A stretch of DNA of 64,000 bases from Deltaproteobacteria bacterium (GTDB lineage Bacteria > Myxococcota > Kuafuiibacteriia > Kuafuiibacteriales > Kuafuiibacteriaceae), in assembly GCA_040218735.1 (NCBI GenBank), contig JAVJQW010000041.1, forward strand, positions 407,801 through 471,800, in the 5' to 3' direction. The translations under genes and the position numbers were made by a program. Positions 17,804-25,203 of the stretch are shown here, piece by piece. Each line of letters opens with the position of its first letter. Position 1 is the stretch's first letter. The notes beneath the pieces are model-generated. The model saw nothing but the letters and a program-made list of their open reading frames with translations, ran no database searches and was not told the DNA's origin.

Positions 17804-20800
17804 ACCAGTCACCTTCCTTGCGGCACGCGGGATTCTTCGTCCTCGGTCTCACCCTGGCCGGGTGCGCCGGGGACCCTGCGCCCTCGAACCCCAACCGCGA
17901 CGGCGGCGGACGCGTGACCCCCGACTCGGGGTTCTTCGACCGCGACGCCGGTCACAACTTCCTCGACTCGGGCGTCCCGCGCGACGGCGGCGACGACGGT
18001 ACGCGCGACGGCGGTGACACGACGCGCGACGGCGGCGACAACGGAATGCGCGACGGCGGTGACGCGACGCGCGACGGCGGTGACAACGGCATGCGCGACG
18101 GCGGCGATGCGCCGCGCGACGGCGGTGACACAGGCATGCGCGACGGTGGCCCGGCACCGCGCGACGGCGGTCCGGCGCCGCGCGACGGCGGCGTCCCGCT
18201 CACCGACGGCGACAACGACTTCATCCTCGACGTCGACGAGGGCAACGGCCTGATCGACACCGACAACGACGGCACCCCGGACACGATGGATCCGGACAGC
18301 GACAACGACGGCATCCCGGACAGCGTCGAAGCCGGCGACATGATCCTCACCACCGCGCCGATCGACACGGACGGCGACGGCACGCCGGACTTCCAAGACA
18401 CCGACGCGGACAACGATCAGATCCCGGACCTCACCGAGGGGACCGGCGACCCGGACGGTGACGGCATCCCGAACTACCTCGACCCCGACAGCGACAACGA
18501 CGGCATCTCGGACGCCGTCGAGGGCGCGGGGGATCCGGACAACGACGGCACGCCGAACTTCCTCGACGACGACGCGGACGGCGACGGCATCCCGGACACG
18601 ATCGAGGGGCAGATCCCCACGGACGCCGACTTCGACGGCACGCCGAACTTCCTCGACCTCGACTCGGATGGCGACACGATCCCCGACTCGATCGAGGGCG
18701 TCGTCGACACCGACAACGACGGCACCTTCGACGCCTACGACATCGACTCGGACGGTGACCTCGTGCTCGACCTCGCCGAGGCCGGGACGCCGGCGCCGGT
18801 CGACACGGACAACGACGGTGTCTTCGACTTCCGCGACCTCGATTCGGACGGCGACACCATCCTCGACACCCACGAGGGCCCGACGAGCGACGTCGACCAG
18901 GACGGGATGCCGGACCGCGTCGACCTCGACTCCGACAACGACGGGTGGACAGACGCGCAGGAAGCCGGCGACACGGACCTCGCGACGCTCCCGATCGACA
19001 CGGACGGCGACGGCCTGCAGGACTTCCGCGACCTCGACTCGGACGGCGACAGCCTCGGCGACATGGTGGAGCCGGGGTGCCCGATGGGATCGGAGCGGTT
19101 GCTCGCCGACACCGACGCGGACACGTTCGTGGATCCGGCCGAGGTCGCGTACGGGAGCAACCCGTGTGACGCGACGAGTGTGATCGACGACTTCTACTTC
19201 GTCCTCCCGCCGGGCGGGCCGGGCGACGACGCGCCGCTGGTGTTCAACAACACGCAGATCGACCGTGCGGACCTCGCGATCACGATGGACACCACCGGGT
19301 CGATGGCCGGGGAGATCGCGAACCTCCAGGCGTCGCTGTCGAACACGATCATCCCGGGCGTGAACGGCGTGATCCCGGACGCCGCGTTCGGTGTCGCTTC
19401 GTTCGAAGACTTCCCGATCGCGCCGTTCGGCGACGCGCCTTCGGGTGACATCCCGTTCCGACTCGGCACGCGCGTGACGACCAACGCGGCGACGTCGCAG
19501 GCGGCGGTCAACGGGCTCACCACCCGCAGCGGCGTCGACTTCCCCGAGTCGGGGATGGAGGCGCTGTACCAGGTCGCCACCGGCGCAGGGACTTCGTGGA
19601 CGGGCGGCTCGGTGCCGGCGTTCAACCCCGCGCAGAACAACGTACCGAACGTGGCGGACGGCACGATCGGCGGCGTCGGCTTCCGGCAGGATTCGCTCCC
19701 GATCGTGGTGCACGTGACGGACGCGATCAGCCACACGGAGCGCGACTACGCGGCGTCGGCTTCGACGATCAACGCGGCGACCACGACGCAGGTCCAGACG
19801 GCGCTGTCGTCGATCGGCGCGCGTATCGTGACGATCTCCAGCGGGCTGCGGCCGTTCAACGATCTGCTGTGCACCGGGAGCATTTCGTCGTTCTTCGGCG
19901 ACGTCGCGCCGGGCACCGACGTCGACTTCTTCGAGCTGCAGGGCGCGGTCGCCGGCGACACCGTCGACGTCGAAGTGCTCGCGAACGGATTCCTCTCCAC
20001 GCTCGACCCGCTCGTCGCGGTGACGAACGCGACGGCCCTCATCGCGACGAACGACGACGCCGCGGCGAACACGACCGACGCGGCGCTCGCGGGCGTGACG
20101 CTCACCGGCGCCGGGCCGTACTACGTGGCGATCACGTCGACCGGGGACACGAACTTCGACGGCGTCGGCGGGACCACGGCGGGGCACTACGTCGCGAACG
20201 TCGCGCTCAACTCCGCGTCGTTCATGGCGTCGCCGACCGAGTGCCGCGCGGACGACGGCGACGCGCGCATGACCGCGACGGTGTTGGTGCCGGTCGCGTC
20301 GGCGGTGCCGCCGGTGAATGTGGCGCAGTGCCTCGCGAACTGCGACGCGACGCTCGGCGCGGTGTCGCCGCTCTTCGCGGAGTTCACGTTCCCCTACGAG
20401 ATGTCCGAGGACACCGGCGCGGTGATCCCGCCCTGCTCGTGGAGTGAGTTCGGGACGGCGCGCCCCACGGGCTGCGCGGCGAACGAGTGTTGCACCGGCG
20501 AGGCCGGCGCGGGGGTGCCGCCGAACGCGGCGGGGCAGTGCCCGCTCGCGTTCGAGATCGATCCGACGGGCGCCGGCATCGACACCGCGATGATCTCCGG
20601 CATCCAGGCGCTCGTGCAGTTCTCGCCGTTCACGATCACCACGCAGGTCCGCGAGGATCCGGTGGAGCTCGCGAACAGCGGCATCGACACGCGGTGTTTC
20701 ATCCAGAGCGTGGTGCCCGTCTCGGCGACGCCGCCGAACGCGTGTGTCCCGCAGCCCACGATCGCCGACCTTTTCCCGCCGGCCGGACAGCCGGACGCGT

Positions 20801-21003
20801 GGGAGAACGTCGTGCCGGGCACGGTGTTGGCCTTCCAGGTCAACGCGCTCAACCAGGACGCGACGGGCCCGTGCGCCCCCGCGGCGGCGGCGCCCCAGCA
20901 GTTCTCGGCGTTCATCGATGTGGTCGCGGACGGCGTGACGGTGGTCGACACCCGCGACGTCATCATCATCGTCCCGGCCGCCCCGCCGGGCGGACAGAAC
21001 TGA
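17782..21003 (+). CDS. Large Ca-binding vWA lipoprotein, CglD/beta-integrin-like adhesin
   Basis: Lipobox LAGC, RDGG linker, many DxDxDGxxD thrombospondin-type-3-like repeats, MIDAS-like MDTTGSM, PESGMEALYQ, VHVTDA, inserted PPC-like module, Cys-rich tail. True start may be TTG 17818. Confidence 0.8.
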   Translation: MGALRVLNQSPSLRHAGFFVLGLTLAGCAGDPAPSNPNRDGGGRVTPDSGFFDRDAGHNFLDSGVPRDGGDDGTRDGGDTTRDGGDNGMRDGGDATRDGGDNGMRDGGDAPRDGGDTGMRDGGPAPRDGGPAPRDGGVPLTDGDNDFILDVDEGNGLIDTDNDGTPDTMDPDSDNDGIPDSVEAGDMILTTAPIDTDGDGTPDFQDTDADNDQIPDLTEGTGDPDGDGIPNYLDPDSDNDGISDAVEGAGDPDNDGTPNFLDDDADGDGIPDTIEGQIPTDADFDGTPNFLDLDSDGDTIPDSIEGVVDTDNDGTFDAYDIDSDGDLVLDLAEAGTPAPVDTDNDGVFDFRDLDSDGDTILDTHEGPTSDVDQDGMPDRVDLDSDNDGWTDAQEAGDTDLATLPIDTDGDGLQDFRDLDSDGDSLGDMVEPGCPMGSERLLADTDADTFVDPAEVAYGSNPCDATSVIDDFYFVLPPGGPGDDAPLVFNNTQIDRADLAITMDTTGSMAGEIANLQASLSNTIIPGVNGVIPDAAFGVASFEDFPIAPFGDAPSGDIPFRLGTRVTTNAATSQAAVNGLTTRSGVDFPESGMEALYQVATGAGTSWTGGSVPAFNPAQNNVPNVADGTIGGVGFRQDSLPIVVHVTDAISHTERDYAASASTINAATTTQVQTALSSIGARIVTISSGLRPFNDLLCTGSISSFFGDVAPGTDVDFFELQGAVAGDTVDVEVLANGFLSTLDPLVAVTNATALIATNDDAAANTTDAALAGVTLTGAGPYYVAITSTGDTNFDGVGGTTAGHYVANVALNSASFMASPTECRADDGDARMTATVLVPVASAVPPVNVAQCLANCDATLGAVSPLFAEFTFPYEMSEDTGAVIPPCSWSEFGTARPTGCAANECCTGEAGAGVPPNAAGQCPLAFEIDPTGAGIDTAMISGIQALVQFSPFTITTQVREDPVELANSGIDTRCFIQSVVPVSATPPNACVPQPTIADLFPPAGQPDAWENVVPGTVLAFQVNALNQDATGPCAPAAAAPQQFSAFIDVVADGVTVVDTRDVIIIVPAAPPGGQN
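17980..18192 (+). repeat. Coding tandem repeat, 10 x RDGG-x(3-5)
   Basis: cgcgacggc/cgcgacggt recurs every 21-24 nt. Confidence 0.9.
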
Positions 21004-21004
21004 G

Positions 21005-21859
21005 TTGAAGGTCCTCGACGCCTCTCGCGCGAAGCGGGTCGACGGCGTCGCCGACGGCGAGGTCGGCGTGGCTTCGACGACGCTGGTGGAGCCCGACGCG
21101 CCCGTCGTGACGAGCGGGTTCGAGAACCCGTCGTCTGCGGCGAACGCGACCGTCGCGCGGCTCGCACCGCAGCACACCTACGCGGAGCGGCTGCGCGGCA
21201 AGACGTTCACCTGGCTCGCGATGACGGGCGGGCGCGCCGTGGCGATCGCGGCGGCGCTGTGGGCGACCGGCTGCGCGACGACGTCGACGGCACCCAAACG
21301 ACGTGCGCCACCACCGCCGCCGAACGAGCGCATGAGTCAGCTCGCCCACGACGATTGGCTGGGCAACGGCGAGCGGCGCACGATCGCGCAGGCCGGGTGT
21401 TTCATGACGTCGCTCGCGATGGCGTCGGAGGCGATGACGGATCACGACTGGGATCCGGTGCGCGCGAACGACGCGATCAAGAAGGCGGGTGGGTTCTCGG
21501 GCCCGGCGCTCGAGCTGGACGAAGCGACGCGCGCGCTCGGACTGAAGGTGACCTGGCGCGGTCGTCTCACCGCCTCGTCGACGACGGCGCGGCACGCCGC
21601 GTTGTCGCAGCACCTCGGCGCGAACCGCGTCGCGGTGGCGGCGGTCGACTTCCGCGACGGTGCATCGAGCGGGGAGTCCGAAGGCGACCACTTCATCATG
21701 GTCTATGCGCAGCGAGGTGAGAGCTTCTTCGCCGTCGACCCGCTCGGGGGGCGCCTCGTCGAGCTCACGCGGGGCGACGACGGCTTCCTCGCCTACGGTG
21801 ACGATCCGCGATACCGAGTCTGCGAGATCTGCCTACTCGCGCCGCGCTTGCAGCAATGA
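21005..21859 (+). CDS. Papain-fold (C39-like) cysteine peptidase, probable lipoprotein
   Basis: Q...W...TIAQAGCFMTSLAM (Cys), DHFIMV (His), VDPLGG (Asp); lipobox-like ATGC if the start is ATG 21221. Confidence 0.65.
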   Translation: MKVLDASRAKRVDGVADGEVGVASTTLVEPDAPVVTSGFENPSSAANATVARLAPQHTYAERLRGKTFTWLAMTGGRAVAIAAALWATGCATTSTAPKRRAPPPPPNERMSQLAHDDWLGNGERRTIAQAGCFMTSLAMASEAMTDHDWDPVRANDAIKKAGGFSGPALELDEATRALGLKVTWRGRLTASSTTARHAALSQHLGANRVAVAAVDFRDGASSGESEGDHFIMVYAQRGESFFAVDPLGGRLVELTRGDDGFLAYGDDPRYRVCEICLLAPRLQQ

Positions 21860-21965
21860 TCACATTGCGGCGATCTGTGGGATCACACCTTCTGCGCGCG
21901 CGCAACTGAACCTGCACTAGAGATCGTATTCAGTCGGAGCACGATGTCCTAACCTCTCGGTCACG

Positions 21966-24095
21966 GTGACGACGGCGCGCGTGACTCCGGAGGGCTCCTC
22001 GAGCTTCACCGGCGAAGTGTTGGAGCTGCGTTCCAACAGCATCCTACTCAGCACCGATCACGAGCTGGCGTTTCGAACCCGCGCGCGTATCGAAGTGGGA
22101 CCGGCGACCGTCGACGGGGAGGTCGTCTTCGCCGAGGGCCGACGTCTGGCGTTCACGTTCCCGACGACGCCGGAGATCTTCGAGGCCATCGAGGCGCTCG
22201 ACGCGATCGAGAACACCGGCGACCTCCCGGCGAGCGAGCCCGACGTGCTCGCCGCGATCGACGAAGCGCTCGCGTCCTACGTGACGGCCGAGCTGCGCAT
22301 CATCGAGTCGGTGCCGCGCCGACCGCAGCCGCCGAATGTCGAAGGGGGCGCGCTCGATCCGGGCGACCCGCTCGACCAGCTCGTGTGGTGTCTCACGTTG
22401 CTCTCGGAGCGCCCCCTCGTCGCGCAGGTGACGGGTCCGCTGCAGACGCCGGTGAAGTTCAGGCTCCCGGGCGCGATCCTGGAGCTCGACGCGACACCGG
22501 CGGGCGCGGGGTGGGTCGGACTGCGTCCGCGTGACGCCGGTGCGGTGCGCGTCGTGGTGCAGAAGATGAGCGACGTCTTCGACGACGTCGTGGGCGCGGA
22601 GCTCCCGGAGCTCGGCCCCGACGGGCACACCGTCACCTTCAACGCGCGGCAGCTCCAGCAGGAGCAGGAGGACGGCACCCTCACCGTGCGGAGCGCGCCG
22701 CTGGAGATCGGCGAGGTGCGGCGCCTCGAGCTGCGCGCGCCCGGGCAACCGGACACGTCGGTGCAGGGGATCGTCATCGCCGTCGATGACGGCGAGGTCA
22801 CGTTCTCGATCGAGGACTCGACGCCCGAAGCGCCCGCGTCGGAGGCCGCGCCGGTCCACATCGTGGCGTCGAGCTTCGAGCCGGTGCCCTTCGATGGCCC
22901 CCTGGACGCCAAGCGCCTCGTCGCGAGCGGCCCCACGAACTACTTCGACGCGTTGTCGAAGGCGCTCGCGCTGCGCGGGCGGCACGTCCTGAAGATCGAG
23001 GGCGACGGCCGCACGGTGCAGCTGTGGACCGACGACGGACGTGTCGCGTTCACGACGGCCGATCCCGTCGACGAAGGGGATCGGATCGGCGAACGCCTCA
23101 TCGCGGCGCGGCGGGTCACGAAACACGAGGTCGCCGAGGCGCTCGAATCCGCACGCGGCGGGGTGCCGTTGGGCGGTGTGTTGCTCCGCGACGGTCGGGT
23201 CTCGAGCGTCGATCTGAACCGCACGCTGCGCGAGCAGACCATCGCGCGCGTCGGGGTGCCCGCGCAGATGAAGAGGGGCCGCCTCTCGGTCACGCCGTGG
23301 TCGGAGCCCGCGGTGGAGGGCCGCCTCCTCGCCGTGTCGCCGGGCGGCGTCCGGTCGGCGTTGCTCCGGCAGGTGGCCGCGGAGCAGACGACGCACGAGC
23401 TCCGCGATGTCTTCGAAGCGCAGGCGCAAGGTGTGTTGACGGTGCACCTCGAGCGCATCGAGCCCGGCTTCCGACTGAACGACCGCGCGATGCGCGTGGT
23501 GACGAACGCGGCGCGCGACGAGATGACGCTCGACGCCTTCCTGCGCTCGCGCGGCCTGAAACCCGTGGAGTCCGCGACGCTCGCGCTGCTCGGTCACGCG
23601 CTCGGGTTCATCGAGGTGGGGGCCGCCGCGCGCGGCGCCACGACCGAACGCACCGACACCAAGACGCGCGACCTCGAGAAGCGCGTCGAGCGGATGTCGG
23701 GCGCCGACCACTTCGATGTCCTCGAGGTGCACTGGGCGGCGAGCCACCAGGAGATCTTGGCGGCGTACCAGCGGATGACGAAGCAGCTCGAGGGGCGGGG
23801 TGCGTCCTCGCCGCGGGCGGCGACGTTGCGCGCGCAGCTTCTACAGCGGGTGGAGGAGGCGTTCGCGGTCGTGGGGCGAAGGACTTCGCGCGAGCGCTAC
23901 CGCAAGGAGAACTTCAGCGAGGACCAGCGTCGACGCGCGGCCGAGCACCTGATCGAACAGGCCGAGCTCTGCGTCCTCCGCAGCGACGCCGAAAACGCCG
24001 AGCTCGCCCTGGACGCCGCCGCGGAGCTGGCGGCGCTACCGCAGATCCAACGTCTGCGGCACCGCTGCCGAAGCCTCCGCGAAGCGGCGATCTGA
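21966..24095 (+). CDS. Multidomain protein: PilZ-like segments, DUF4388-like region, degenerate J domain
   Basis: DGEVVF and VQGIVIAV PilZ-like strands; GRVAF...RIGERLI...PLGGVLLRDG; DHFDVLEVHWAASHQEILAAY with no HPD. Confidence 0.6.
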   Translation: MTTARVTPEGSSSFTGEVLELRSNSILLSTDHELAFRTRARIEVGPATVDGEVVFAEGRRLAFTFPTTPEIFEAIEALDAIENTGDLPASEPDVLAAIDEALASYVTAELRIIESVPRRPQPPNVEGGALDPGDPLDQLVWCLTLLSERPLVAQVTGPLQTPVKFRLPGAILELDATPAGAGWVGLRPRDAGAVRVVVQKMSDVFDDVVGAELPELGPDGHTVTFNARQLQQEQEDGTLTVRSAPLEIGEVRRLELRAPGQPDTSVQGIVIAVDDGEVTFSIEDSTPEAPASEAAPVHIVASSFEPVPFDGPLDAKRLVASGPTNYFDALSKALALRGRHVLKIEGDGRTVQLWTDDGRVAFTTADPVDEGDRIGERLIAARRVTKHEVAEALESARGGVPLGGVLLRDGRVSSVDLNRTLREQTIARVGVPAQMKRGRLSVTPWSEPAVEGRLLAVSPGGVRSALLRQVAAEQTTHELRDVFEAQAQGVLTVHLERIEPGFRLNDRAMRVVTNAARDEMTLDAFLRSRGLKPVESATLALLGHALGFIEVGAAARGATTERTDTKTRDLEKRVERMSGADHFDVLEVHWAASHQEILAAYQRMTKQLEGRGASSPRAATLRAQLLQRVEEAFAVVGRRTSRERYRKENFSEDQRRRAAEHLIEQAELCVLRSDAENAELALDAAAELAALPQIQRLRHRCRSLREAAI

Positions 24096-24099
24096 ACCT

Positions 24100-25104
24100 C
24101 TAGCCGTTGTAGGCGCCGTAGGCGTCGTCCCACTCGTCCTCGGTCCACTCGAGGTCTAGGTCGCCGGTGCAGCTGCCGTTGCCGGCGGCGTCGACGGTGC
24201 ACGTGAGCGAGCCGTCCTTACCGGTGATCGAGAAGCTGCCGCTGTTGTCGTCGGCGGAGATGGTCAGGGTGTAGGAGACCTCTTCGCCGCTCGGGAGCGT
24301 CACGAAGACGACCATGCGGAAGGTGAGCTCCGCGCTGTCGTCGTTGGCGCCGAGCTTCATCTCGAGGCCGCCCTTGTTGTTGAGCTCGTGGCTCTTGCCG
24401 TCGGCTTCGATGAGCGTGGCGATCTCCCACGCCGCGAAGATCTCCATCGAGAAGTCGCCGTTGGTGGTGCCGTTGGTCGGCGCGCGGCCGACGCCTTCGA
24501 GGCGCATCTCGCCGTCCTGGCAGACCTTCTCGCTGTCGCTCTTCACGCAGACGTTCGCGTACACGTAGCTGGCCTCGTACTCGAAGCTGCCCGCGTTGAT
24601 GTCGACCTCGCCCGACATCTCCATCGTGAGGCGCCCGCTGAGCGAGGCGTCACCGCAGCTGTCGAAGTCGATGTCGACCTTCATGTCGAAGCTGTCGCCG
24701 TTCGGGTCGAGCGTCGCGGCCTGCGCGAACGCGTCGTTGAAGCAGCTGTCGAAGTCGTCGTCGGCGGTGCGCAGCTCGCGGATGTTCATCGCGCGGCCGA
24801 AGCGTCGTTCGACGTGCTCGAAGAACGGCTTCATCGCGTCCATCGCGAACATCGGCTGGACCGCGGGGCGCTCCGCGGCGCCGGAGATGGTGAGCGCGCC
24901 GCCGCCGAAGGGGCTGATGGCTCCGACGGAGCCGGCCGAGCCGTTGGCCTGCTGGCGCTGCGCGGCCGCGGTGACGCCGCCCTTGTCGTTGACGGAGCCG
25001 GTCGGGTTGTCGAGCGCGTTCCTGATGCTGGAGATGTCGGGGCCCGAGCCGCAGGCGGCGGCGATCGGGAGGAGCAGGGTGAGGCAGAGTGGGGATGTCT
25101 TCAT
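24100..25104 (-). CDS. Hypothetical acidic beta-rich lipoprotein
   Basis: MKTSPLCLTLLLPIAAAC lipobox at ATG 25104; host-like codon bias. Confidence 0.78.
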   Translation of the reverse strand: MKTSPLCLTLLLPIAAACGSGPDISSIRNALDNPTGSVNDKGGVTAAAQRQQANGSAGSVGAISPFGGGALTISGAAERPAVQPMFAMDAMKPFFEHVERRFGRAMNIRELRTADDDFDSCFNDAFAQAATLDPNGDSFDMKVDIDFDSCGDASLSGRLTMEMSGEVDINAGSFEYEASYVYANVCVKSDSEKVCQDGEMRLEGVGRAPTNGTTNGDFSMEIFAAWEIATLIEADGKSHELNNKGGLEMKLGANDDSAELTFRMVVFVTLPSGEEVSYTLTISADDNSGSFSITGKDGSLTCTVDAAGNGSCTGDLDLEWTEDEWDDAYGAYNG

Positions 25105-25119
25105 CGCCCGACACCGTAC

Positions 25120-25159
25120 GCCCCCGGCCCCCCCTCTCTTCAAGGGGGGGCGTGGGGGG
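25120..25159. repeat. C-tract/G-tract palindrome (REP-like hairpin or terminator)
   Basis: cccccggccccccctctcttcaagggggggcgtggggg, intergenic between two minus-strand genes. Confidence 0.5.
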
Positions 25160-25203
25160 TGATCGCCGATACGTCGTCTTCAGGCGGAATCAGGAGGCGC
25201 TCC

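Noticed and set aside
17980-19140. Regularly spaced repeats as a possible CRISPR array
   Set aside because: They are in-frame, degenerate protein repeats (RDGG, DxDxDG) with no unique spacers and no cas genes.
17809-21177. 1122-aa minus-strand ORF, and similar long Arg/Val-rich shadow ORFs (e.g. 24388-26853, 57106-59589, 44205-45782)
   Set aside because: They lie antisense to well-supported genes; high GC and codon bias suppress stop codons, and they carry no motifs.
21858-21905. Imperfect palindromes (TGATCACA...TGTGGGATCA; TGCGCGCGCGCA)
   Set aside because: No U-tract and no second copy found; too weak to call a terminator or operator.
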